Of a DNA stretch of 64,000 nt, positions 44,508-53,322 are shown piece by piece. The notes beneath the pieces were generated by a model, which had not been told where the DNA came from, ran no database searches, and worked only from the letters and a program-made list of their open reading frames with translations. The position numbers and the translations under genes were made by a program. The DNA is from Christensenellaceae bacterium. GTDB taxonomy: Bacteria; Bacillota; Clostridia; Christensenellales; SZUA-584. The stretch is from the NCBI GenBank assembly GCA_963674545.2, contig CAXXFB010000001.1, positions 2,484,744 to 2,548,743 on the forward strand. The letters are read 5' to 3'. The stretch's first letter is position 1. The number at the start of each line of letters is the position of its first letter.

Positions 44508-46873
44508 AGATATACAGTCTTGATTCCATAGATTCCGCCGGTCTTGAAAAAGCGGGCGGAAAAGCAAAGGGGCTCTACCAGCTTTTCAGCTGCGGTCTTA
44601 AGGCCGCTCCGGGGTTTGTAATCATAGATATTGACAGTGAGATAAACGTGCAGGAAGCTGCAGATTATTATGAGAAGAGCGGCATGGGAAGAGTGGCCGT
44701 TCGCTCTTCGGCAACTGCGGAGGACGGAACTGACTTTTCCAGCGCAGGGCAATATCTGACTGTGCTTGGGGCGGAAGGCAAACAGCAGGTGAAAAAGGCG
44801 ATAAAGCAGTGTTTGAGTTCGCTAACCGGTGAAACCGCTCAGAGCTACAGCAGCTATTTCAGTGAAGCAAAAAGCGAAAAGATGAGCGTCATAGTCCAGC
44901 AGATGATAGATGCGGATGTCTCCGGCGTATGCTTTACCCAGCAAGACGGTGACGACGGATTTGTTCACATTGAAGCCGTTGAAGGGCTTGGCGAAAGCCT
45001 TGTTTCGGGGCAGGCGCAGGCAAACACATACATAGTGCAAAAAGATTCAGAAGAAGCGCAGGGGGATGATCTGCTGAGCGCCGAGCTCGTGCGCCGTATA
45101 GCGGACGAAGCTGTGAAAGCGAGCGCAGAGCTTGGTATGCCGCTGGACACAGAATGGGCGGTTGCTTCAGGAGAGCTTTTCTGGCTGCAAGCACGGCCTA
45201 TTACGGTGACCGAAATTGTTGATCCGTTTGAGCTTGATACGCAGGACATAGACAAAAACCACGTGTTGACTACATGCAATATCGGAGAGATGATGCCCGG
45301 CGCTGTTACGCCGCTTACGCTTTCTACAAGTATATACAGCATAGAATACGGATTTCGCAAGATGATTATCGTTGCAGGCGGCGCAAAGGATTTTGACGAT
45401 GTTCCGCAGGGCTCGTGCATAGAGAGCATAGGAAACAACCTTTTTATAAACATAACTACCTGCCAGCGTATATCCGACAGCGTATTGGCTTCGGACAGGA
45501 ACGGCACTGCAATAGCCATATGCGGCAGGATAATCGAAGAAGCGCCGGAGCTGCCGCTGCCGCAGATAGGCAAGCTGCGAAAAACGCTCAACACAAGAAA
45601 ATATTTCTCTATGCTGATGAAAACGAATAAAGCGTGCAAGAAGCTAAACAAGTTAGCAGAGCGTTTAGTTATAGAGCAAAAACAAAACTCAGCCGAGCAG
45701 TATGAAGTTATCGACAGCGTTAAATACCTGCTTGATGAGGCTTTCTGGCTGCACTATATTCCTTCCGCCCATTCGGGCGCGATGAACAGTGCGTTGTTCT
45801 TTATACTTTTAGCAGACGGAATGGAGCCGGATGATATAAACAAAGCTATAGCTGGCGTGCTGGAAGACATAGACGGCATAGAGAGTGTCGATATACTCCG
45901 CTCGCTTCGTAAGGTAGCCAAAGCGCTGCTGGAGGAGAACCCGGAGGCGAAAGATTATACCGCAGAACAACTGGCGGAATATCTGAAAATCTGCGAAGGC
46001 GACAGCGCATATGCGCTAGAGCACTTCATGAAGCGCCACGGGCACAGAGCGATTCGCGAGGCGGAGATGCGCTCAAAATCGTGGCATATGGACGATGTTG
46101 TGCTGTGCGGTTTTTTGAAGTCTGTAATTGCTTCAGGGGGGCACGAGCAGCCCAGGGAAAAGAGCTATCAAAAAAACATAGAAGAGCTGCTTAGCGGCAG
46201 GAAAGGAATATTAAAACACGTTGTTAAATATCTGATAGGGCAGGCAAGAAAAGGCGTTGTCAACAGGGAGTATACAAAGTCGAAAAGCATACTGGTTCTG
46301 GACAAATTCAAGGAAGCTTACTGGCGCCTTGGAAGCCTTCTAGAAAAGGAAAACGTATTGCCGGACAGTGACCTTGTGTTTTTCCTGACGCATGAAGAGC
46401 TTGGCAGCCTGATAAGGCAAGGCGAAACGGCTCTGGTCAAAAAGGCGACAGCCCGCAGGCGTCTGCTGGACGAACAGATGCAGCTTAAATTCGAAGAGAT
46501 AAACATTGGCAGACCAAAGCCAAAAGAGGAAGAGGTATTCGAAGCGGGTGCAGATGTGCTCATGGGAACGTCTATCAGCCGTGGAAAGGCTATAGGAAAG
46601 GCAAGGGTAGTAAAGAACTTAGAGGACGCTAACCAGCTGCAAAAGGGGGAGATCATGGTCGCTTCGTTCACTGATATAGGCTGGTCGCCTTATTATAGCA
46701 TGATAGGCGCTTTGGTCACAGAGGTTGGCTCGACGCTTTCTCATGGGGCGGTCGTTGCAAGGGAGTTTGCGCTGCCGCTTGTCTCAAATATACCTCTTGC
46801 CACAAAGAAAATAAAGACGGGCGATACTATAAGCGTAGACGGTACCAGCGGTAAAGTTGCCATTATAGGTTGA
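44504..46873 (+). CDS. PEP-utilising enzyme with rifampin-phosphotransferase-like architecture (ATP-grasp N-domain, central domain, C-terminal swivel His domain)
   Basis: ATGA overlap with the upstream gene. N-terminus 'VAVRSSATAEDG..FSSAGQY' and C-terminus 'FTDIGWSPYYSMIGALVTEVGSTLSHGAVVAREFALP'. Confidence 0.75.
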   Translation: MKIYSLDSIDSAGLEKAGGKAKGLYQLFSCGLKAAPGFVIIDIDSEINVQEAADYYEKSGMGRVAVRSSATAEDGTDFSSAGQYLTVLGAEGKQQVKKAIKQCLSSLTGETAQSYSSYFSEAKSEKMSVIVQQMIDADVSGVCFTQQDGDDGFVHIEAVEGLGESLVSGQAQANTYIVQKDSEEAQGDDLLSAELVRRIADEAVKASAELGMPLDTEWAVASGELFWLQARPITVTEIVDPFELDTQDIDKNHVLTTCNIGEMMPGAVTPLTLSTSIYSIEYGFRKMIIVAGGAKDFDDVPQGSCIESIGNNLFINITTCQRISDSVLASDRNGTAIAICGRIIEEAPELPLPQIGKLRKTLNTRKYFSMLMKTNKACKKLNKLAERLVIEQKQNSAEQYEVIDSVKYLLDEAFWLHYIPSAHSGAMNSALFFILLADGMEPDDINKAIAGVLEDIDGIESVDILRSLRKVAKALLEENPEAKDYTAEQLAEYLKICEGDSAYALEHFMKRHGHRAIREAEMRSKSWHMDDVVLCGFLKSVIASGGHEQPREKSYQKNIEELLSGRKGILKHVVKYLIGQARKGVVNREYTKSKSILVLDKFKEAYWRLGSLLEKENVLPDSDLVFFLTHEELGSLIRQGETALVKKATARRRLLDEQMQLKFEEINIGRPKPKEEEVFEAGADVLMGTSISRGKAIGKARVVKNLEDANQLQKGEIMVASFTDIGWSPYYSMIGALVTEVGSTLSHGAVVAREFALPLVSNIPLATKKIKTGDTISVDGTSGKVAIIG

Positions 46874-46921
46874 CGGGCTACTGCTAAAAAATAATGCAAT
46901 ACAAAAACTTTTATATTTAGC

Positions 46922-46949
46922 TTGCAATGTATTGACACTGTGGTATAAT
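46922..46949 (+). promoter_or_regulatory. Promoter of the UPF0316 array
   Basis: -35 TTGCAA (46922-46927), a 16-nt spacer, and an extended -10 TGGTATAAT (46941-46949). Confidence 0.5.
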
Positions 46950-46975
46950 CCACCCATAACAGGGGGACGATGCTT

Positions 46976-47527
46976 ATGGACTTTTTTTCATCGACAAGTG
47001 TCTGGGTATATGTGATGATCTTCTTCGGAAAGATTGTTGAAGTCACAGTTTCCACAGTCAGGATAATGCTCATAAGCCGTGGTGAAAAGACAAAGGGCTC
47101 TGTTTTGATACTTCTTGAAGTGTCTATCTGGCTCGTCATAACCGGCACGGTTCTCGTAGGTTTCCAGGATGACATATGGAAAAGCGTTGTTTATGTTTTC
47201 GCATGCTCTATCGGCAGCTATGTAGGCTCTGTGGTAGAGGGAAAGCTGGCTTTTGGACTGTGCTCTATTCAGGTCATAGTCGCTCAGGACAACCTTGTGG
47301 AAAACAACGCTGCAATGGAGCTTGCGGGAGAGCTGCGTGAGCACAACTTTGCTGTGACTATCATGGAGGGCAGAGGAAAGAAAGGCAAGCGTGACATACT
47401 TGTTCTGCATCTGAAAAGAAGCAGGATACCTTCTGCGATATCAATTATAAAATCGAAGATTGAGGATGCCGTTATTACTGTAAACGATGTAAAGCTTATT
47501 GACGGCGGTTACATAACTAAGAAATAG
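46976..47527 (+). CDS. UPF0316 (DUF2179-containing) membrane protein, paralogue 1
   Basis: The ATG at 46976 lies 8 nt after GGGGGA. It has three N-terminal TM helices plus a C-terminal DUF2179-like domain ('FAVTIMEGRGKKGKRDILVLHLKR'). Confidence 0.75.
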   Translation: MDFFSSTSVWVYVMIFFGKIVEVTVSTVRIMLISRGEKTKGSVLILLEVSIWLVITGTVLVGFQDDIWKSVVYVFACSIGSYVGSVVEGKLAFGLCSIQVIVAQDNLVENNAAMELAGELREHNFAVTIMEGRGKKGKRDILVLHLKRSRIPSAISIIKSKIEDAVITVNDVKLIDGGYITKK

Positions 47528-47548
47528 AATTAGCAAGAGAGGTGTAGT

Positions 47549-48106
47549 GTGGATTTTTTAGTGCACCACGGCGTATGGATGTACGTTATGGTGTTTACGG
47601 GCAAAGTAATAAACAATATGATAGCTACGGTAAAGATGATAATGCTAAACCGTGGCGAAAGACTTAGCGCAGCACTTTTAACACTGGTTCAGATGACGAT
47701 TTTTCTTGTCATTACCAGCACAGTTCTGGCTGGAATGAGAGACAACAATTTTATTCCAGTAATAGTATACGTCGCTGCGTCAATGATAGGCAATTACCTT
47801 GGCGGTATTATAGAGGGCAAAATAGCTCTGGGCCTCAGTTCCATACAGGTCATAGTTCCCCAGGGAAATGCTACAGAGATAAGCACAGCGGATATGCTTG
47901 CAGAAAAGCTGCGTGACGCAGGTTTTGCAGTTACCATACTCGACGGTGAAGGAAGCCGGGGAAAGAGGGACGTGCTGCTGCTGCATATGAAGAGAAAACG
48001 AATACCAAAAGCAAAAATGATAATTCGAAAGTTTCTGGCAAATCCCATAATAGTTGAGAACGAAGTAAAACGTATGGACGGCGGGTATCTGGAGAACGAC
48101 CGATGA
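47549..48106 (+). CDS. UPF0316 membrane protein, paralogue 2
   Basis: GTG start after AGAGAGGTG and the same block structure ('FAVTILDGEGSRGKRDVLLLHMKR'). Confidence 0.7.
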   Translation: MDFLVHHGVWMYVMVFTGKVINNMIATVKMIMLNRGERLSAALLTLVQMTIFLVITSTVLAGMRDNNFIPVIVYVAASMIGNYLGGIIEGKIALGLSSIQVIVPQGNATEISTADMLAEKLRDAGFAVTILDGEGSRGKRDVLLLHMKRKRIPKAKMIIRKFLANPIIVENEVKRMDGGYLENDR

Positions 48107-48119
48107 GGGTGAGGGTGAT

Positions 48120-48671
48120 ATGGACTTTTTAACATCACAAAGCGGTTGGATATATCTACTGATATTCGGCGGGAGGCTGCTGGAGACATTTGTAGGTATA
48201 CTGTGGATAATACTCGTTAGCCGGGGCGAACGGCTGGCATCCACTCTGGTGATGGGCATAGCTTCTGCTCTTTGGATAACGATTACGGGTACTGTCATCG
48301 TCGGTTTTCAGGAAGACATTTTAAAAAGCATAATATATGTTCTTTCTACGGCGCTGGGGACTTATATAGGCACAATAATTGAGGAAAAACTGGCGCTCGG
48401 TCTCTCGTCACTGCAGGTTATAGTGCCGCAGGACAACATGGTGGGGGATATCGAATCATTAAGACTTGCAAAGACTTTGAGGGATAAAGGATTTGCAGTA
48501 ACGGTGATGCACGGCAAGGGCAAGCTCGGATTGCGGGATATACTTATGCTGCACCTTAAAAGAAGGCGAATAAGCGAAGCCGTAAAAACAATAAAGAAAC
48601 AGATGCCGAACGCTGTCATAATAGTGAATGATATAAGGTCTATGACAGGAGGGTATCTGACCAGCAGGTAG
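48120..48671 (+). CDS. UPF0316 membrane protein, paralogue 3
   Basis: Same block structure ('FAVTVMHGKGKLGLRDILMLHLKR'). Confidence 0.75.
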   Translation: MDFLTSQSGWIYLLIFGGRLLETFVGILWIILVSRGERLASTLVMGIASALWITITGTVIVGFQEDILKSIIYVLSTALGTYIGTIIEEKLALGLSSLQVIVPQDNMVGDIESLRLAKTLRDKGFAVTVMHGKGKLGLRDILMLHLKRRRISEAVKTIKKQMPNAVIIVNDIRSMTGGYLTSR

Positions 48672-48680
48672 TAAAGTGCC

Positions 48681-49229
48681 ATGGAATTTTTAAACGATCA
48701 TAAAGTGCTGCTGTATGCGCTCATATTTTTTGGCAAGGTCCTCGGAGGCACTGTAGGCGTTCTTTGGCTCATACTCGTAAACAGGGGAGAGAGGCTAAAG
48801 GCATCGATAGTCAGCATTTTTGATGTATCCATCTGGCTGCTTATCGCCAGCACAGTTCTAATAGGTTTCCAGCAGGATCTGCTTAAAGTCGTTTTCTACG
48901 TAACCGGTACGGCGGTCGGGATATATATCGGAGCAACGCTGGAAGAAAACCTTGCGCTTGGCTTCAGCTCAATACAGGTGATAATAGCGCAAGACAACCT
49001 GACGCATGTAAACGTGGCTGAAGAGCTTGCAAAGAAGCTTCGAGACAACAATTTTGCTGTAACGGTAATGGAGGGAAAAGGAAAGCAGGGCAAAAGGGAT
49101 GTACTTTTGCTGCACCTTAAAAGAAAGCGAATAAAGAAGGCGCTCGTGCTGATACGGGAAGATTTAAAGAACGCAATGATCACCGTGAACGACGTCAGCA
49201 TGGTGAGGGGCGGATATTTGAAGAAATAG
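48681..49229 (+). CDS. UPF0316 membrane protein, paralogue 4
   Basis: Same block structure ('FAVTVMEGKGKQGKRDVLLLHLKR'). Confidence 0.75.
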   Translation: MEFLNDHKVLLYALIFFGKVLGGTVGVLWLILVNRGERLKASIVSIFDVSIWLLIASTVLIGFQQDLLKVVFYVTGTAVGIYIGATLEENLALGFSSIQVIIAQDNLTHVNVAEELAKKLRDNNFAVTVMEGKGKQGKRDVLLLHLKRKRIKKALVLIREDLKNAMITVNDVSMVRGGYLKK

Positions 49230-49231
49230 TT

Positions 49232-49810
49232 ATGGATAATATATGCGTATTTGCGTCCAGCAGCAGCAGCGTTGCCGGCGTATATAAAACAGCGGCAAGG
49301 CAGCTTGGCGCAGATATAGCTAAGAAAGGCTGGGGCATCGTCTTTGGTGCAGGCACACAGGGCCTGATGGGAGAGCTTGCCAGGCAGGCAAAGAAAAACA
49401 ACGGCTGCATGACAGGAGTGATACCCGATTCGCTCAATTTCCCCGGCATAGTTTATGAAGAATGCGATGAGCTTATAGCTACACGTACTATGAGAGAGCG
49501 CAAAGCCATTATGGAACAACGCTCGTTTGCGTTCATAGCACTGCCCGGCGGCTTTGGTACACTGGAAGAGATACTTGAAATAATAACGCTTAAGCAGCTT
49601 GGTTATCATAACAAACCTGTTGTGATAATGAATATAAACGGCTTTTACGATAGCCTTATGACGCAGTTCGAAGAAACAACGGCCCAGAACTTTGCCGTTC
49701 CCGAAACGCTGGGACTTTTCAGAGTATGCGGCAGCTCAGCCGAAGCAATCGAATACATAGAGAACCATCAGCCGGATAATACATACAGCAAAAACCCAGG
49801 TCTTGAATAA
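49232..49810 (+). CDS. LOG-family (TIGR00730) nucleotide phosphoribohydrolase-like protein
   Basis: 'PGGFGTLEE' and 'GAGTQGLMG' motifs. It starts 2 nt after the last UPF0316 gene. Confidence 0.8.
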   Translation: MDNICVFASSSSSVAGVYKTAARQLGADIAKKGWGIVFGAGTQGLMGELARQAKKNNGCMTGVIPDSLNFPGIVYEECDELIATRTMRERKAIMEQRSFAFIALPGGFGTLEEILEIITLKQLGYHNKPVVIMNINGFYDSLMTQFEETTAQNFAVPETLGLFRVCGSSAEAIEYIENHQPDNTYSKNPGLE

Positions 49811-49926
49811 CTTTCGCAATACGGACATGCAGATGTATTAAGTCGGCTTGCTGCAGTATTGTCCGCAAACCACACAAATAATATAATTGGTCCGGATGAA
49901 CTTCTTATAATATTATGGAGGTAATT

Positions 49927-50838
49927 ATGGGAGAATTATTAGCATATCTTAACGGAGAATATATACCGCACAGCGAATGCAAGCTTCCGGTATTCGATCT
50001 TGGAATAGTGCTGGGAGCGGCTGTTACAGACTTCACACGCACTTTCAACGGGGAGCCTTTTCGCATAGAGGCCCATGTAGAGCGTTTGTATCGCTCGTGC
50101 AAGTATACTTATCTTAAACCAAAGCAAACGCAACAGGAGACGATAGAGATATCCAGAAAGCTAGTTGAGCACAACAGCAAGGTTATGCCCGGCAACGAAT
50201 GGGGTATCATCTATTACATCACGGGCGGTGTTAACACAGTCTATGCGGGAGGCGCAGGACTGCAGGCAGACCTTGAATGTACGTATGTTCAGCACACGTT
50301 CCCAATGCCGTTCCATCTTTGGAGCGAAATTTTTACAAAAGGTATACACTGCGTGACGCCGGCTCACAGACACTTTCCGCCGCAGTGCCTTTCTTCCAAG
50401 ATAAAGAACCGCAACAGGCTGCACATGTGGGTGGGCGGCAAGGAAGCTGCGCTTGCAGACCCGGGCGCAATGGCGCTGTATCTTGACATAAACGGCTTCA
50501 TAACAGAGACGGGAGGTTCGAACTTCCTTATCTACAAGGATGGGAAAGTGATATCTCCAAAGCCGCCGAACATACTGTGGGGCATAAGCCTGCAGACCGT
50601 AACGGAGATACTCAGCGAGATGGGAATAGAGTTCGTTACAGACGATATAACTGCTTATGACGTGGCAAATGCTCAGGAGGCGTTTGTCCCAACTTCGCCT
50701 TATTGCATAGGTCCGGTGGTAAAGATTAACGGAAATGTTATCGGAGACGGAAAGCCGGGCAAACTGTGGAGACAGATAATCGACAGGTGGAGCGAAATCG
50801 TCGGTAAGGACATATATAATGAGATAGTCGGGCAGTAA
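49927..50838 (+). CDS. Class IV (branched-chain / D-amino-acid) aminotransferase family
   Basis: The ATG at 49927 follows GGAGG (49917-49921). 'YLNGEYIP...VFDLG...HVERLYRSC' is a typical fold-type IV N-terminus. Confidence 0.65.
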   Translation: MGELLAYLNGEYIPHSECKLPVFDLGIVLGAAVTDFTRTFNGEPFRIEAHVERLYRSCKYTYLKPKQTQQETIEISRKLVEHNSKVMPGNEWGIIYYITGGVNTVYAGGAGLQADLECTYVQHTFPMPFHLWSEIFTKGIHCVTPAHRHFPPQCLSSKIKNRNRLHMWVGGKEAALADPGAMALYLDINGFITETGGSNFLIYKDGKVISPKPPNILWGISLQTVTEILSEMGIEFVTDDITAYDVANAQEAFVPTSPYCIGPVVKINGNVIGDGKPGKLWRQIIDRWSEIVGKDIYNEIVGQ

Positions 50839-51075
50839 AGCAGCAGTATTAAAAGCAAACAGGCGAATGCCATGAAACAGGCTGGATAGCATAACCTGAG
50901 GAAACTGCGCAGATTCAGCACTCCTGTTTTCTGCAAAGCAGCAGTGCAAAGAGTAAACAGGCGAAAGCCATGAAACAGGCTGGATAGCATAACCTGAGGA
51001 AACTGCGCAGATTTAGCACTCATGTTTTTTGTAAAGCAGCAGTGCGAAGAGTAAACAGGCGAATGCCTGGAAATT
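50837..51075. repeat. Intergenic tandem repeat, ~2.4 copies of a 98-bp unit
   Basis: Units start at 50837, 50935 and 51033 and are highly similar. Each contains the near-palindrome AAACTGCGCAGATTY. Confidence 0.85.
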
Positions 51076-51080
51076 AACTA

Positions 51081-51108
51081 TTGATTTTTCTTATCTATAT
51101 GTTATAAT
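51081..51108 (+). promoter_or_regulatory. Promoter of rpmE
   Basis: -35 TTGATT (51081-51086), a 16-nt spacer, and -10 TATAAT (51103-51108). Confidence 0.5.
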
Positions 51109-51161
51109 GTTCTTTGCGACTTCGAAATACAAGAATGTTTATATAGATTGAGGTGAGAACA

Positions 51162-51362
51162 ATGAAAAAGGGTATACATCCGGAGTATCATGAATGTACG
51201 GTAAAATGCGCATGCGGCGAGACTTTCGTAACAGGCTCGGTCGACAAAGAAATGAAGGTCGAAATTTGCTCAAAGTGCCATCCGTTCTTTACAGGCAAGC
51301 AGAAGCTGGTTGATACAGGCGGCCGTGTTGACAGGTTCAACAAGAGATACGGCATCAAATAA
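51162..51362 (+). CDS. rpmE: 50S ribosomal protein L31 (zinc-binding C+ form)
   Basis: 'MKKGIHPEY', 'CACGETF...[13 protein letters not shown]' and '[11 protein letters not shown]'. Confidence 0.95.
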   Translation: MKKGIHPEYHECTVKCACGETFVTGSVDKEMKVEICSKCHPFFTGKQKLVDTGGRVDRFNKRYGIK

Positions 51363-51382
51363 GAACTTTTTTGAAACTTTAG

Positions 51383-51406
51383 CAGACCGAGTATTCGGTC
51401 TGTTTT
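51383..51406 (+). terminator. Rho-independent terminator after rpmE
   Basis: CAGACCGA-gtat-TCGGTCTG followed by TTTT. Confidence 0.75.
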
Positions 51407-51461
51407 ACTATGTCTCTTATATATAGTATACTGGTTGCAATATAGGGAAAGAGGACGGTAT

Positions 51462-52517
51462 ATGAGAAAAACGAATATCGGAGGCCAGGGTGTCCTAGAG
51501 GGCGTCATGATGCGCTCTGAAACTGTATGCGGGCTCGCTGTAAGAAAAGCATCCGGCGAAGTGAAGTATACAAAAGAAAAGATAAGCCTTGCATCAAACA
51601 AAAACAAGATTGTAAAGCTGCCCATAATTAGAGGAGTTGTTAATCTTATCGACATGATGGGCTTTGGTGTAAAAACGCTTACTAAATCTGCAAAGATGTA
51701 TGACGAGCAGTCAGCAGACTATGAACCAAGTAAATTTGAAAAGATGGTGGCAAAGAAAACCGGCAAGGATGCTATGGACGTTGCGATGGTTTTTGCTGTT
51801 ATAGTGGCGCTGGCGCTGGCAGTCGGCATATTCTTTATACTGCCGTCATTCTTGGCCGGTCTTATATATAATATTCAGGACGGACAGGTGGTATACAACC
51901 TCATCGAAGGCGGTATAAGACTTGTTATATTCCTTGGCTATGTGCTTGTGATCTCACTTATTAAGGATATCAAGCGGGTATACAGATATCACGGTGCAGA
52001 GCACAAAACTATTAGCGCATATGAGAACGAAGAAGAGCTCAAAGTCGAAAACGTGCGTAAGTACAAGACCCTTCACCCGAGGTGCGGAACAAGCTATCTG
52101 TTCCTTGTCATGATAATTTCGATAGTTCTGTTTTCACTGCTCGGACATAGCAGCAACCTGTTTGCGAGGATAGGTCTTAGGCTGCTGATGCTTCCGCTTG
52201 TGGCGGGAGTGTCATACGAATTCCTGAAGTTTGCAGCAAAAGGAGAGAGTCTTTTCTTCAGAGCAATCAGGTGGCCGGGAATGCAGCTGCAGAGACTGAC
52301 GACGGCAGAGCCGGATGACGCTATGCTTGAGGTTGCAATACTTGCATTCGAGGCGGCGCTGGGTGAAAAGAGCGATGAAGAGCTCGAAGAGATGAAGGAA
52401 AGCTTCGACAGATCTCCAAAGAAGGAAGAAGCGGAACAAACTGCTGCCGTCGAAGAAGCGGAGCAGGCAGTACCAAAGCAAGAACCGGCTGCTGCAGGAA
52501 GCAATGAAAGCGCTTGA
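51462..52517 (+). CDS. DUF1385-family membrane protein (usual neighbour of prmC/prfA) with acidic C-terminal tail
   Basis: The ATG at 51462. 'IGGQGVLEGVMMR', 'YHGAEHK' and 'HPRCGTSF/YL' blocks. Confidence 0.75.
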   Translation: MRKTNIGGQGVLEGVMMRSETVCGLAVRKASGEVKYTKEKISLASNKNKIVKLPIIRGVVNLIDMMGFGVKTLTKSAKMYDEQSADYEPSKFEKMVAKKTGKDAMDVAMVFAVIVALALAVGIFFILPSFLAGLIYNIQDGQVVYNLIEGGIRLVIFLGYVLVISLIKDIKRVYRYHGAEHKTISAYENEEELKVENVRKYKTLHPRCGTSYLFLVMIISIVLFSLLGHSSNLFARIGLRLLMLPLVAGVSYEFLKFAAKGESLFFRAIRWPGMQLQRLTTAEPDDAMLEVAILAFEAALGEKSDEELEEMKESFDRSPKKEEAEQTAAVEEAEQAVPKQEPAAAGSNESA

Positions 52518-53319
52518 TGCTCAAAGGGCGGTAAGCTCACTGCTGGCGTCTCAGCAAATCCCGGAACCGGAGGCAAAGGCAAATGTACTGATCGGTCATG
52601 TTTTAAAAGCCGGCGATGTTTTCGCAGAAGTTTCAGATAAGGACTGGAGCACTATTCTGAAAATGGCTGATGAAGCAGGACGAGGCGCCCCGGTTGAATA
52701 TATAACCGGCAGAGCATACTTCAGATATACGCAGCTGTCCGTAACTCCGGACGTGCTGATACCAAGGAAAGAAACTGAACTGGTCGCCGGAACAGCGATA
52801 GAGCTGGTACGGCAAAGAGGATATAAAACAGTTCTTGATATGTGCACAGGCAGCGGCTGCATAGCGATATCGATTGCGACAGAAACAGAAGCAGAAGTAA
52901 GTGCAGCAGATATAAGCGAAAAAGCGATAGAGCTTGCTGAAAAAAACGCAGAGGAAAACGAAGCTACAGTTAAGTTTTTTATCAGCGATATGTTTGATAA
53001 AGCGGGCAAGAGCTTCGACTTGATAGTGTGCAACCCGCCTTATGTCAGTGACGAAGAGTATGAAGAGCTTTCAAATGACGTAAAAAACTATGAACCTTCA
53101 GGCGCGCTCAAATCCGGAGACGGCCTTGAGTTCTATCGCATAATAGCGAAAGATGCGCCGGAATATTTAAATGAGGGCGGAGCACTGGTGCTGGAAATAG
53201 GCGCAGGACAAGGGCAAGATGTTATACGACTGCTCGAAAGCGGCGGCTTTATACAGATAGATTGTAAAAAAGATTACCAGGGACGTGACAGGATAGTTGC
53301 GGCCGTTAAAGGAAGATAA
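52504..53319 (+). CDS. prmC: Release-factor glutamine N5-methyltransferase
   Basis: 'DMCTGSGCIAI' AdoMet motif and catalytic 'NPPY'. It lies directly upstream of prfA. Confidence 0.85.
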   Translation: MKALDAQRAVSSLLASQQIPEPEAKANVLIGHVLKAGDVFAEVSDKDWSTILKMADEAGRGAPVEYITGRAYFRYTQLSVTPDVLIPRKETELVAGTAIELVRQRGYKTVLDMCTGSGCIAISIATETEAEVSAADISEKAIELAEKNAEENEATVKFFISDMFDKAGKSFDLIVCNPPYVSDEEYEELSNDVKNYEPSGALKSGDGLEFYRIIAKDAPEYLNEGGALVLEIGAGQGQDVIRLLESGGFIQIDCKKDYQGRDRIVAAVKGR

Positions 53320-53322
53320 GGA

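Noticed and set aside
44965-45651. 228-aa minus-strand ORF (and neighbours 44934..45194 and 44822..45040).
   Set aside because: It is antisense to the strongly supported PEP-utilising enzyme gene. The Ser/Ala-rich shadow frame is typical of the GC-richer half.
46932-46949. TTGACA (46932-46937) plus TATAAT (46944-46949) as a -35/-10 pair.
   Set aside because: The spacer is only 6 nt. The functional combination is more likely TTGCAA (46922-46927) with the extended -10 TGGTATAAT.
48896-49609. 237-aa minus-strand ORF.
   Set aside because: It spans the junction of UPF0316 paralogue 4 and the LOG gene on the opposite strand. It has no RBS or motif, so it is a shadow ORF.
50161-50949. 262-aa minus-strand ORF (and 50700..51023).
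   Set aside because: It is antisense to the aminotransferase gene and runs into the 98-bp tandem repeat. The repeat period is not a multiple of 3, so the repeated peptide impression is accidental.
50837-51075. Possible CRISPR array.
   Set aside because: The 98-bp units are directly adjacent without unique spacers, the unit is far longer than a CRISPR repeat, and there are no cas genes in the window.
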